Of a stretch of DNA of 64,000 nucleotides, positions 46,261-57,194 are shown piece after piece. This DNA comes from an uncultured Nitrososphaeraceae archaeon (GTDB lineage Archaea; Thermoproteota; Nitrososphaeria; Nitrososphaerales; Nitrososphaeraceae). The notes under the pieces were generated by a model that was not told the DNA's origin, made no database searches, and saw only the letters and a list, made by a program, of their open reading frames with translations. Position 1 is the stretch's first letter, and each line of letters opens with the position of its first letter. The stretch lies in NCBI GenBank assembly GCA_963765895.1, contig CAVXZB010000084.1, positions 352,001-416,000 on the forward strand, given 5' to 3'. The position numbers were made by a program, and so were the translations under genes.

Positions 46261-47067
46261 TTATTTCAATGACAGGCCATATCTCCAATCAGTTTTATCC
46301 ATATTATTTATGAATGAAAGCAAAACATTTTCGAGAGCTTTTAATGCTTGCATTCCCTTCTGAACAGTTGCTTTTCGTGGAGCACCAGTTGCTCCAGTGT
46401 TTGTCAGCTCATCAAATTTCCAATATATCCTTACCCTGTCGCTTGGAAATTTTGGAACTATTTCAATAGGTGCGTAATCCATATTAACCAAGTCTGGTCT
46501 TACAGCGAGCATTGTGGATGTCTCAGCTTCTCCCCCATGACCAAGACCACGCCATACTTCGAATAAACCAGAGGTAATTTCTCCGATTAAAACCCACCAT
46601 GCTTCCAAACATGCGATTACTACCTCGGAATTCTTGTTTTTTGTAATTCTTGCAGCCGACTCAATTGGGGCAATATTTCCATCGTGTCCATTTATTACAA
46701 GGATTCTCTTTATTCCGTTCTTAACAATACTGCTAAAGAGATCCTCAACAATCATTTCAAGAGTATGAGATTCCAGACTCATTGTCATTTGAAATTCATT
46801 ATGATGCAGACTAACGCCATATGGGACGGCCGGAAGAATAATGATATTCTTGTTTTTGGATTTTGATGCCGTCCTTTTTGCTAACTCCATAGGAAAAATA
46901 AAGTCCGAGCCAAACGGCATATGATCCCCATGGTTCTCACAGGCACCAAACACAAGTATGGCGATTGTATCATTTTTTATGTTATTTCTAATTTGCCTCG
47001 CATTCATCTCTTCAAGTAATCTGCTGGACATACGATTACGAGCGAAATGAGCCTTTGTCATTTTCAT
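46261..47067 (-). CDS. Creatininase-family amidohydrolase
   Basis: ENHGDHMPFGSD, NGHDGN, HGGEAETS. Confidence 0.9.
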   Translation of the reverse strand: MKMTKAHFARNRMSSRLLEEMNARQIRNNIKNDTIAILVFGACENHGDHMPFGSDFIFPMELAKRTASKSKNKNIIILPAVPYGVSLHHNEFQMTMSLESHTLEMIVEDLFSSIVKNGIKRILVINGHDGNIAPIESAARITKNKNSEVVIACLEAWWVLIGEITSGLFEVWRGLGHGGEAETSTMLAVRPDLVNMDYAPIEIVPKFPSDRVRIYWKFDELTNTGATGAPRKATVQKGMQALKALENVLLSFINNMDKTDWRYGLSLK

Positions 47068-47246
47068 GATTTTAGTATCTGGCTACTAGCTTATGTAAAT
47101 TTGGAAGAATACTTCAATGATCCTAATAGATAATTTAGATGGTCATAGCATTAATTCAACAAATAATTTGATCATTAGCAATAAGGTAGTACAGAATAAT
47201 AATCAAGATCTAGTATATTGACGTACTTCCACTATAAATACCACGA

Positions 47247-47363
47247 TATTATTTGCTATAACAGGATTATGATAAGAATCTGATATCATAGCTGTATAGA
47301 AATATAGCTTATCAATGGTTTCAAACGTAGAAATATCTGTATTATTGTATAGAGTTCAGTAAC
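47247..47363 (+). promoter_or_regulatory. Conserved upstream element of the C-x12-C family
   Basis: TATTATTTGCTATAACAGGATTATGATAAGAATCTGATATCATAGCT identical to the 50220 and 52018 copies. Confidence 0.8.
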
Positions 47364-47616
47364 ATGACAAATGGCATAATAAATAAATCTCTATTTTCAT
47401 GTGCCGTCCTTGCCGCTATACTGGTAGCAACAGGCATAATCTCAGCTCAAATAGCTCAATCTGCTGGCAGCGGAAAATACCTCGTCAACGATCAAGAGTA
47501 CTCAGGCTCATATCTGTCATTATAAATCTAAGAATTCTCCAATACTTCACTCTTGTAACGATGTCGTTAGGGGATCTGTTTCACATCCAGGTGAGTCAAA
47601 TGAAAGCACTAAGTAG
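47364..47616 (+). pseudogene. Frameshifted secreted C-x12-C family member (not in ORF track)
   Basis: MTNGIINKSLFSCAVLAAILVATGIISAQIAQS / AAENTSSTIKSTQAHICHYKSKNSPILHSCNDVVRG...; one extra base near 47465. Confidence 0.7.
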
Positions 47617-48206
47617 GAAGAAACCGCATTAAAATCGTAAAACATAACCAGAATCCTTCATTTTTTAGTCCCATGTATGTATGTTTTAGCAATTGTTATC
47701 TTGATTATAACTTATCATAGTCTGACGGACGTTTATCATTATTTTGTTGAAAAAATAAAGGGTATTGGTAGGGATATTTAGCTGTCTTGTGACTTAGGAT
47801 AAGATACGGAAGTCATATTTGGTAACAGCGTAGCGATGAATAAAAAATATACCATAGTGCTAAGTAACTAAGAACTAAGCATTTAAACAATCGTATAATT
47901 TCAATAAGCCCATTTTATTGACTCTTAAAACATTCATAGGTAACTATTCAGCTATATACAGTTACCTGGCTCTTCCAGTTTTTGAAATCAAATTAAGCCA
48001 TGTTTATTATTTGACCGTGATTTATTAAGTGTGTTTGTTATAATAATTTAGATGGATTATAGTTTTAATAAATTCATAAAGAGTAACGCTTCCTAGTTAA
48101 GGCAAGGTAAATTCAAGTCATTTCCAAAATCAAACTGGGGCGCGTACCTGTTCCATCTTTATTTATCAGGCTCGTAGTCAATTTAATATTTAGGCAGGAG
48201 ATTAGA

Positions 48207-49505
48207 TTAAGAAAAAGTAGGCAGGGGAATTCTGTCAGTACCGCCAGTATTGAAAGGCACTGTTCTGCCGCTATTCGAATGGACTGTATTGGCCGTATTG
48301 GCTGTATTGGTAGGGACTGTTCTGCCGCTATTCGAATGGACTGTACCGCCAGTATTGATGTTCATAATTGTCCCCCCATTTACGCATGAACCTGTTATGG
48401 GTGAGTTACCTCCTACCGTCATACATACAGGGGCTTGTCTAATATTTGGTCCACTGGCCCTATTGCCAGAACCGCTGGGACCATTGCCCGTCCCTATATT
48501 ACCACCTGAATTAGTGTTGTTACTAATAGCAGAATTCGTGCATGAACCTGTTATGGGTGAGTTACCTCCTACGGATATACATTCGACAGGGTCTTGTCTA
48601 ATATTTGGTCCACTGGCCCTATTGCCAGAACCGCTGGGACCATTACCCGTCCCTATATTACCACCTGAATTAGTGTTGTTACTAGTTGCAGCATTATTAC
48701 ACGAATCTGTGATCGGCGAGTTACCTCCTACTGATATACAGCTTGGATCTTGAATAATATCTGGGTCACCGCCGCCTGTACCGCCGCCACCATTATCTCC
48801 GCCGCCTGTACCGCCGCCACCATTATCTCCGCCGCCTGTACCGCCGCCACCATTATCTCCGCCGCCTGTACCGCCGCCACCATGTATCTCCGCCGCCTGT
48901 CACCGCCGCCTGTACCGCCACTGTCACCACCTATCTCCGCCCACCTGTCACCGCCACCACCCGTCTATCTCCGCCGCCTGTACCGCCGCCACCATTATCT
49001 CCGCCGCCTGTACCGCCGCCACCATTATCTCCGCCGCCTGTACCGCCGCCACCATTATCTCCGCCCTGCCCTGTACCCGCCGCCACCATTATCTCCGCCG
49101 CCTGTACCGCCGCCACCGTCTATCGCCGACCGCCTGTACCGCCGCCACCATTATCTCCGCCGCCTGTACCGCCGCCACCATTATCTCCGCCGCCTGTACC
49201 GCCGCCACCATTATCTCCGCCGCCGTATCTGCCGCCGCCACCATTATCTCCGCCGCCTGTCACCGCCCTGCCACCATTATCTCCGCCGCCTGTCACCGCC
49301 ATGTCCCGCCATTATCTCCGCCACCTGTATCTCCGCCGCCATCACAGTTGTACTCACAATTGTTATTTGCTATATGTAACAATTGTTCCAATCTCAATGG
49401 AGAAATATATGCAAAGCTTTGTTGTGAAGGTAATAGTCCAATATTTACTAATCCGCTAGCCACTAAAATCGATACTAAACTTAGTATAAGTATAGGGTTT
49501 TTCAT
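48207..49505 (-). CDS. Large secreted protein: signal peptide, GDNGGGGTGG array, three C-x12-C repeats (frame broken inside the array)
   Basis: MKNPILILS...SFA; CISVGGNSPITDSC, CISVGGNSPITGSC, CMTVGGNSPITGSC about 49 aa apart. Confidence 0.8.
48768..49340. repeat. GC-rich 30-bp tandem array, roughly 19 partly degenerate units
   Basis: Unit CCGCCGCCTGTACCGCCGCCACCATTATCT encodes GDNGGGGTGG on the minus strand. Confidence 0.92.
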
Positions 49506-50219
49506 AACTGATAAAATACTTAGTATCTGTTATTTCTTGATTTGGAAGATTAAGTCTACCTTTTAGGGCTATCTGAGAAATCTAGTTCATACTACAGGAA
49601 AATTAAACTGAATTAGCTACTAAACAATTAGGTTTTAATAATATACCCTATGATCTCATAGGATCCTTTTCTTAAATTTTATTTTGTATAAACCACGTTA
49701 TTGGCTATATAAAGTTGGTAAATATCATACATTTCAGTTTCCTCTCTAGATTATACTTTATTGGATAAAAAGTAAAAATAGAAGTCAACAAATTTGTAGA
49801 TACACTGTGCTTCTACCTACATGATCTTTTACAAAGAAATACTTACAAATCTTCTAAATTTGTTAAAGGTGAGTGATAATACCACTTGATATTCGTAGGC
49901 ATATGAATTCACAAAGATAAAGTATCATCATCTTTGTTCTGCAAGTAAGAAAGACATAATTAAGATTTATAATATTTTAGAGATAATACATAATGACCGA
50001 ATACATAATGATCGCCAATTTTGTTCTCATCGGAAAACTAAATGCAAATTGCAATATGTAGAGAGCCAGCTGAATCTATTCGTTTATGATCAAAACTAGA
50101 CGAATATCTTAGAAATTGGTGCGCCGTATCTGGTATAAAAGTACTGATTAAAACGTATACAAACATACAATCTCTCAAACTCAGCATCTACACGTAGAAT
50201 CCATACTAATATATCGCTA

Positions 50220-50337
50220 TATTATTTGCTATAACAGGATTATGATAAGAATCTGATATCATAGCTAAATACAAATACAGCTTACCAATGGTTTCAAACA
50301 CAGAAATATTTTGTGTTAATCTATATAGCTCGATAAA
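50220..50337 (+). promoter_or_regulatory. Conserved upstream element with TATGATA-N9-TATCATA inverted repeat
   Basis: Arms at 50241-50247 and 50257-50263. Confidence 0.8.
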
Positions 50338-50748
50338 ATGACAAATCGCACAACATCTAGTAAAATGCTCTCAATAGTAGCCGTTGCTGCTATGCTAGTA
50401 GCAACAACAACTATTGCAGCTTTAGTAACACAACCTGTGGCAGCACAAAGTATTTCAATACCGACCAACAATACCCAAGCATCAGCTTGTGATACCGCTG
50501 GTCTATCATCTGCAATAAGTGACTCCTGCAATAACTTGTTTAACAACAATGTTACTAATTCAGGCGGAGTACTTAACCTAGGACCTGGAACAGGAGGCGC
50601 AAGTATTTCAATACCAACTAGCAATGCTCAACAATCAGACTGTGAAACTGCTGGTGCATCTTCTGGTATCTCTGCATCCTGCAACAATAACGCTACAAAC
50701 ACTGTTGTAAACTCTGGCGGCATCAAAGTTAGACCATGTGGCTGTTGA
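50338..50748 (+). CDS. Secreted Ser/Asn/Thr-rich protein with two C-x12-C repeats and a C-terminal CGC
   Basis: Signal ending VAA; two SISIPT...C..AG..S.IS.SCNN...NSGG units. Confidence 0.85.
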   Translation: MTNRTTSSKMLSIVAVAAMLVATTTIAALVTQPVAAQSISIPTNNTQASACDTAGLSSAISDSCNNLFNNNVTNSGGVLNLGPGTGGASISIPTSNAQQSDCETAGASSGISASCNNNATNTVVNSGGIKVRPCGC

Positions 50749-50797
50749 GTGATCCTAAGCATAAGTAGAGACAAGAATAGTGTAAAAAGCGTAGAAC

Positions 50798-50836
50798 ATA
50801 ACCTGCAAAGGTTCTTTCCTTTTTTATTTTTATTTT
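50798..50836 (+). terminator. GCAA-tetraloop hairpin plus T tract
   Basis: AACCT-GCAA-AGGTT-CTTTCCTTTTTT; repeated at about 52597-52626. Confidence 0.55.
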
Positions 50837-51959
50837 AAGTTAGATAATTAACTGCTATGTTATGGCGGTAATTTTTAGATTATTGTCTCATATTTATTAA
50901 TTGGCTAATCTATCTGTTCATTGAAGAAATAGGAAAACTCAGTAACATAAGATCTATAACTTCTATTGCCAGTCAAATTCTTACAAGTGGTGAATTTGAC
51001 TTGCTTAGCTCTAAAGTGCTGTCCTAGCTTTGTTGTAGATGCATTAAATGAATGACTGACAAGATGTTAGTTATACCGAAGTTGCTTTTGGATATATTTA
51101 GTATTCTTATAGTATCTTGAATTCTAGAAAGGCAGTTGGAAATGTTCCGAAATTATATACTCTTACGTATTTCAAAGTAAGAGAAAGAAGATAATGCATA
51201 ACGGCGGTGAACAGTTTGACTACATACATAATATTCAGACATTTACTAATACACACTCGAATAAAGAAAATAGCAAATACCAAATTGTTATCCGTAGTTA
51301 CATAGCAGAGTCGAAGAAGTACATAACAATAATGTAAAAATTTGTTCCTAGCAGTTGAAAATATGCCAAACACAAATAATGGTAAACACAGGTATGATGA
51401 CATGTTGTTAAAGCCTAGAACTAGACTAGAGGACATGGAGGGATTAATGGTCTTACTCCCTCAGAGAGGTTTCTACAAGAACAATTACACCTGGTACACA
51501 TACGAGAACCAAGAGCAGCATATAATCCCAATAGGTAATTCATGTAGGTAAATAGAAATGTAACCTATCTATGTAAGTACAACTGCTAGTAAGTATATTC
51601 TTATTGTTATAGATAAGGCTAGAAAATCATTTTATTATATTATCTTACCTCCTATATTAGTATAAAAGAGTACATATAGCTGATAACTTGGAACAATTTA
51701 ATCTGATCCTGATGCAGAAATAGATCCCGGAACATGTTGTCGAAGTGAAAGGGCTACTGTACATCTGGATACACAACAGTAGTATTAAATACAATAATCA
51801 ATTATTTACTCATCTGGTAGTAAAGACTGCTATCACACTTGGTGAGAAATACGACTACTCTAACCGCAATTATCTCAGGATTTGCGATACATTAATTTGG
51901 AAATATCAAATCTATGTCATACGTATAGTTGAGTAATTTAATTGATAGTTGGAGAGATT

Positions 51960-52626
51960 AACATACAATCTCTCAAACTCAGCATCTACACGTAGAATCC
52001 ATACTAATATATCGCTATATTATTTGCTATAACAGGATTATGATAAGAATCTGATATCATAGCTAAATACAAATACAGCTTACCAATGGTTTCAAACACA
52101 GAAATATTTTGTGTTAATCTATATAGCTCGATAAAATGACAAATCGCACAACATCTAGTAAAATGCTCTCAATAGTAGCCGTTGCTGCCTATGCTAGTAG
52201 CAACAACAACTATTGCAGCTTTAGTAACACAACCTGTGGCAGCACAAAGTATTTCAATACCGACCAGCAATAACCAATCACAAGCTTGTGATACCGCTGG
52301 TCTATCATCTGCAATAAGTGACTCCTGCAATGGATCGTTTAACAACAATGTTACTAATTCAGGTGGAGTACTTAACCTAGGTAATGGAACAGGAGGCGCA
52401 AGTATTTCAATACCAACTAGCACTGCTCAACAAACAGACTGTGAAACTGCTGGTGCACACTCTGGTATCTCTGCATCCTGCAACAATAACGCTACAAACA
52501 CTGTTGTAAACTCTGGCGGCATCAAAGTTAGACCATGTGGCTGTTAAGTGATCCTAAGCATAAGTAGAGACAAGATAGTGTAAAAGGCGTAGAATATAAC
52601 CTGCAAAGGTTCTTTCCTTTTTTTAT
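51960..52626 (+). repeat. About 670-bp duplication, copy 2
   Basis: Near-identical to 50162-50827. Confidence 0.92.
52136..52547 (+). CDS. Paralog of 50338..50748 with a +1 frameshift in the signal peptide
   Basis: GCTGCCTATG vs GCTGCTATG at about 52188; remainder intact with a few substitutions. Confidence 0.8.
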
Positions 52627-53207
52627 CTTAACATAATAGACTAATTGTTATCTTGGCTTACATTTAGAGTGTAATTTACCGTTTACGTTGATTTATCGTT
52701 TACATTGATTTAGTAATTATGTGTCTCCCGCTGTTTGCTGAGAAGGTCTTGCCAATTTCAGTAGTTTATGCGGCATTTTGTATTGTATAGACCGAAGTAT
52801 TTGTAATTATTGAACATAGCTGATGACAGCCGGGCCGAGAGCTAATGATGCTGATAATTACAGTCAAAACCCCAAAAAGACGCGCAGCATATTATTGTTA
52901 TAACGCGACAAACATAAGTCAGATAAAACAAGATATCTTGGTATGCGCTCGGTTCGATGGCCAAGAATTCGTTAAAGGGCCAGGATGTCCAAAAACGACA
53001 TTTGATTAACATCAAAGATTTACATTTTGATAGCTCATTGATCTTAATGCTAGCCTATGGCCATTCAGTGATCTAAATTCAAGAATTCCAAATTAGCTCA
53101 AAAGACGAACCTTCTAGTTCTACAGAATATTTTACGCCTTCAGTGGTTAAATAATACCTAGATTTATACACCTATCGATCTATTTAGAAGACAAGGTCGT
53201 CTAGAAT

Positions 53208-55403
53208 ATGGCAAAAGATCCTGTCTGTGGCATGTTTGTCGAAGAAAAGCACGATACAATTGCAAGTATAAAGGACGGGAGGAAATATTACTTTTGTAGT
53301 TCTCAATGTCTGAATGAATTTACTCAGCCAGAAAAGGAATTAAAAAAGCTCAAAAATTATGTTACTATAAGCATTGGACTTACAATACCCATCGTAATTC
53401 TAAGCTTGCCTCATATGTTCCCTTCCCATTTTGAGACCTTGATCCCCATGAATGTAATGCAGTATACAAATTTTATCATGTTAGCATTAGCTACTCCTTT
53501 GCAGTTCTGGATAGGCTGGCGATTTTACAGGGGTTTATGGGAGGGGATCAGGGCAAGAGCATCCAATATGGATACACTTATTGCTGTCGGGACAACGACT
53601 GCCTATGTTTATAGTGCCATCGTAACAATCGTTCCTAGTTATCTTCCTTTCAAATCTGTATACTTTGAAACTGCCGCAATTATCATTACTTTAATATTGA
53701 TTGGAAGGTTGCTTGAAACACGAACCAAGGAAAGAGCCTCCAATGCTGTACGAAAATTGTTGGACATTCAGCCAAAAATGGCCAAGATTCTTAGGAACGG
53801 AACTGAGATTGACTTGCCTATCGAACAAGTCAAGGAAAATGATCTCATGCTAATAAAGCCTGGAGAAAGAATCCCTGCAGATGGGGTTGTGGAAGACGGT
53901 TTCTCATCCATAGATGAATCAGCTATAACTGGCGAAAGCATCCCAATAGATAAGCAAAAAGGTGATCAAGTTATAGGAGCAACAATTAACAAGAATGGTC
54001 TACTCAAAGTCAGAGCCACAAAAGTTGGGCAAGATACTGTACTTTCTCAGATTATTGCATTAGTAGAAGAAGCTAGAACTGGAAAGGCACACATGCAAAG
54101 GTTAGTAGATCAAGTTGCTAAATATTTTGTCCCGGGAGTAATGATTATAGCATTGTGTGTAGGTTTTGGATGGTATTACTTAGGTGGGATAGGCCTAACA
54201 TATTCCATCTTGGCGTTTGTTTCTGTAATAATAATTGCATGTCCTTGCGCATTAGGAATTGCAACGCCTGCGGCCCTAATGATGGGTTCTGGAAAAGGAG
54301 CTGAAAATGGTATTTTGTTTAAGGGTGGAGAGTATTTGGAAATGGCAAGAAAGGTAAAGACAGTTGTATTTGATAAGACTGGAACTTTGACAAAAGGTAA
54401 GCCGTCTGTAACTGATATAGTAGATTTAACGAATGGTGCATTAGGTGAAGCAGAGTTACTCAGACTAGCGGCCATTGTAGAATCAGGCTCAGAGCATCCT
54501 CTAAGTCAGGCAGTCATAATTAAAGCAAAGGATGAAGGATTAGCTATTTTATCAAGTCCAGATTTCTTTGAAGCAGTATCTGGTCGTGGACTTAGAGCAA
54601 GATATGCCGATCACACAATTCTCATTGGGAATAGGAAATTAATGGAGGAAAACAAATTATCAATTACCTCGGCCATAGAAACAAAACTGAAAGAGTTTGA
54701 AAGCGAAGGGAAAACAGCTACGATTATTGCGATCGACTATAACCTTTCGGGGATAATTGTGTTTGCAGATACGATAAAAGATGAAGCTGGCGAGGCAATT
54801 GACTCTCTTAAACTGATGGGAATGGACGTAGTAATGCTTACTGGAGACAACGAAAGAACTGCGAAAGCAGTCGCATACCAACTTGGTATCAGTAAGGTGT
54901 TTTCTCAAGTATTACCACAACAAAAAGAACAAGTAATTTCTAATCTGAAGAAAAATGGGAATGTGGTTGCAATGGTAGGAGATGGGATAAACGATGCACC
55001 TGCATTAGCTCAAGCTGACTTAGGAATTGCAATAGGTTCAGGAACAGATGTTGCGAAAGAGACTGGAGGGATCATATTGATAAAAGGTGATCTGAGGGAT
55101 GTTGTAACGGCTCTAGATCTAGGAAGAAAAACAGTGTCAAAGATAAAACAGAATTTATTCTGGGCATTTGCGTATAACGCCGGGCTCATCCCAATCGCTG
55201 GCGGAATCTTGGTGCCCTTTGCTGGTGTTGGAATATTCGGATGGCTTCCCATGTTAGCGGGCTTGGCGATGGCAATGAGCTCAGTAACAGTCGTTGGAAA
55301 CTCAATACTACTAGGAAGATATAAGCCAGGATCTAAAAAAGAACGCAGGGAAGAAGATTATAGAAAAAACCTGAAAACCATACCGAACATTGCCAGCAAG
55401 TAG
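53208..55403 (+). CDS. copA: Cu(I)-translocating P1B-type ATPase with N-terminal YHS/TRASH domain
   Basis: DPVCGM...YFCS..C, TGES, CPC, DKTGT, SEHP, GDGIND, YN and MAMSS. Confidence 0.95.
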   Translation: MAKDPVCGMFVEEKHDTIASIKDGRKYYFCSSQCLNEFTQPEKELKKLKNYVTISIGLTIPIVILSLPHMFPSHFETLIPMNVMQYTNFIMLALATPLQFWIGWRFYRGLWEGIRARASNMDTLIAVGTTTAYVYSAIVTIVPSYLPFKSVYFETAAIIITLILIGRLLETRTKERASNAVRKLLDIQPKMAKILRNGTEIDLPIEQVKENDLMLIKPGERIPADGVVEDGFSSIDESAITGESIPIDKQKGDQVIGATINKNGLLKVRATKVGQDTVLSQIIALVEEARTGKAHMQRLVDQVAKYFVPGVMIIALCVGFGWYYLGGIGLTYSILAFVSVIIIACPCALGIATPAALMMGSGKGAENGILFKGGEYLEMARKVKTVVFDKTGTLTKGKPSVTDIVDLTNGALGEAELLRLAAIVESGSEHPLSQAVIIKAKDEGLAILSSPDFFEAVSGRGLRARYADHTILIGNRKLMEENKLSITSAIETKLKEFESEGKTATIIAIDYNLSGIIVFADTIKDEAGEAIDSLKLMGMDVVMLTGDNERTAKAVAYQLGISKVFSQVLPQQKEQVISNLKKNGNVVAMVGDGINDAPALAQADLGIAIGSGTDVAKETGGIILIKGDLRDVVTALDLGRKTVSKIKQNLFWAFAYNAGLIPIAGGILVPFAGVGIFGWLPMLAGLAMAMSSVTVVGNSILLGRYKPGSKKERREEDYRKNLKTIPNIASK

Positions 55404-55622
55404 ATGAGGATTATTGTCGCATACTTAATTATGATGCTATAACATCCAATTCAGCTATTGAACACAAATATAAATAAATTCTGAGTTGAATGCCTCATAA
55501 TAAAGTCTGTCTGTTGAAGGTAACACATAACCAAGAAGCCGAATAGTAAAGTATACGACACATTTTTCCCATATTCACTTTCAAAGTGTAGGAGAGAACT
55601 ACAAGATTGACAAATAAACGGA

Positions 55623-56339
55623 TCACCATGGTTCTGGCCGGCTATCAAAGAAAAATCCTCCAGTTGGACCACCTTCTGGCAATGTAGCGGCCCATACTAT
55701 TCCCTTCGCTCCTTCCTCTACGGGCCTACCGCCAGACCCTCCCATATCAGTTGCGACCCATCCTGGATCGATAGAATTGATCAATATCCCCGCACCGTGA
55801 ACTTCCGCTGCCAATTTTCTGGTAAGTGCATTCAAAGCAGCCTTTGATATGCTATAAGCGGGAGCACCACCTTCATTCATATAATGTAGAGACCCAGCTA
55901 GGCTAGAAACGTTAACAATGCGTCCATACTTATTCTTCCTCATCATTGGTATGAATGCTTTACACAATCTCCATGGTGCAAAAAAATTAGTAGCAAAAGC
56001 TTGATTTACAACATTAAGATCTGCTGCTACTGCGGTTTGATAATAATCATAAAGTATAGCAGCATTATTTATTAGAACATCAAGATGTCCATGTTCCTGT
56101 TCTATGTTATAGGCCACTCGATCAAGATCGTTTTGATTTAGTACATCTAAATGACAAAAGGTTATATCCTCAAGTCCATCATTTGTTAATTGTTTAGCCG
56201 CTCGTTGACCTTTGTCAATGTTACGGGCGCTTAATAAAACAGCAAGACCTAACTTGGATAGCTGGCGGCATGTCTCCAAGCCAAGTCCTCGATTTGCTCC
56301 AGTCACAAGCGCTATTCGCTTATTTTCGTCAAGACTCAA
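55623..56339 (-). CDS. Short-chain dehydrogenase (carbonyl-reductase-like)
   Basis: TGANRGLG, NNAA, YSISK, PGWVATDMGG. Confidence 0.92.
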   Translation of the reverse strand: MSLDENKRIALVTGANRGLGLETCRQLSKLGLAVLLSARNIDKGQRAAKQLTNDGLEDITFCHLDVLNQNDLDRVAYNIEQEHGHLDVLINNAAILYDYYQTAVAADLNVVNQAFATNFFAPWRLCKAFIPMMRKNKYGRIVNVSSLAGSLHYMNEGGAPAYSISKAALNALTRKLAAEVHGAGILINSIDPGWVATDMGGSGGRPVEEGAKGIVWAATLPEGGPTGGFFFDSRPEPW

Positions 56340-56445
56340 TATTGTTATACTTATTTACTACTATGTGCAATTAATTACTTATCTATATAGCATTTTTCGT
56401 TAAATAATAAGATATGGATATTCGAAGTGTACTAGGAACATTCCA

Positions 56446-56484
56446 ATTAATTAATTAATTAATTAATTAATCAATTAATCAATT
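56446..56484. repeat. (AATT)n self-complementary microsatellite between divergent genes
   Basis: AATTAATTAATTAATTAATTAATTAATCAATTAATCAATT. Confidence 0.8.
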
Positions 56485-56519
56485 TAGACCTATTAGATAT
56501 CGCCTACTTTTTAAGACAT

Positions 56520-57194
56520 GTGGTGATGATCAAAGTAGATCTAGTAATGAAGGTCATTTCTGTCAATGTTGGACTTCCTCGTGAAGTCATCTTCAAAGGA
56601 GAAGTCGTTACGACTGGAATATTTAAAGAGCCAGTAAAAGGGCGTATTAAGTTGAGAAATCTAAATCTCGACGGTGATAGGCAGGCGGACCTGACAGTAC
56701 ATGGAGGAATTGATAAGGCAGTATATGCATATCCAGCAGAACATTATAAATACTGGAAACATGAGCTACCCGAGACGGCTTTCTCTTGGGGGATGTTTGG
56801 TGAAAATTTCACAACAGAAGGATTAGTTGAGGACTCTGTAAATATCGGGGATTTATTTCAGATTGGCACCGCTAGGCTAATAGCAACCCAGCCACGAATG
56901 CCGTGTTATAAACTTGGAGTCAAGTTCAAACGAACAGATATTATTAGAAAATTTTTGAATAGTCGTCGTCCAGGAATTTACTTTAAGGTACTAAGAGAGG
57001 GCGATGTCGAGGCAGGTGATGAAATTAAACTTATTAGTAGAGACAAAAATAATGTTACTATAAATGACATTGTTAGGCTGTATGTAGAAGATAAAACAGA
57101 TATTGAAGCTATGCAGAGGGCAATTACTGTTGAATCACTGCCGCTTGGATGGAGGCATCATTTCTACGAACAAATAAGACAGATGAAAAAATAG
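56520..57194 (+). CDS. MOSC-domain protein (YiiM-like, with 3-alpha domain)
   Basis: GDRQADLTVHGGIDKAV, FGENFT, QPRMPCYKL. Confidence 0.92.
   Translation: MVMIKVDLVMKVISVNVGLPREVIFKGEVVTTGIFKEPVKGRIKLRNLNLDGDRQADLTVHGGIDKAVYAYPAEHYKYWKHELPETAFSWGMFGENFTTEGLVEDSVNIGDLFQIGTARLIATQPRMPCYKLGVKFKRTDIIRKFLNSRRPGIYFKVLREGDVEAGDEIKLISRDKNNVTINDIVRLYVEDKTDIEAMQRAITVESLPLGWRHHFYEQIRQMKK

Larger units (their letters stand above)
50162..50827 (+). repeat. About 670-bp duplication, copy 1 (promoter + gene + terminator)
   Basis: Near-identical to 51960-52626. Confidence 0.92.

Noticed and set aside
48768-49340. 30-bp repeats as a CRISPR array
   Set aside because: Head-to-tail units without unique spacers, coding for a Gly-rich peptide; no cas genes
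48250-49379. Plus-strand ORFs (167 aa and 209 aa, RRHHYL/PPP repeats)
   Set aside because: Antisense shadows of the minus-strand secreted repeat gene
52680-52712. Two 16-bp near-identical direct repeats; also (GCTT)n at 37937 and CTAATCTAG repeats at 3199
   Set aside because: Only two or three units, consistent with local slippage; no functional context
52819-52856. CTGATGA...CTGA as a C/D-box sRNA, fluoride riboswitch or hammerhead
   Set aside because: Too short for a C/D guide and lacks the other conserved elements
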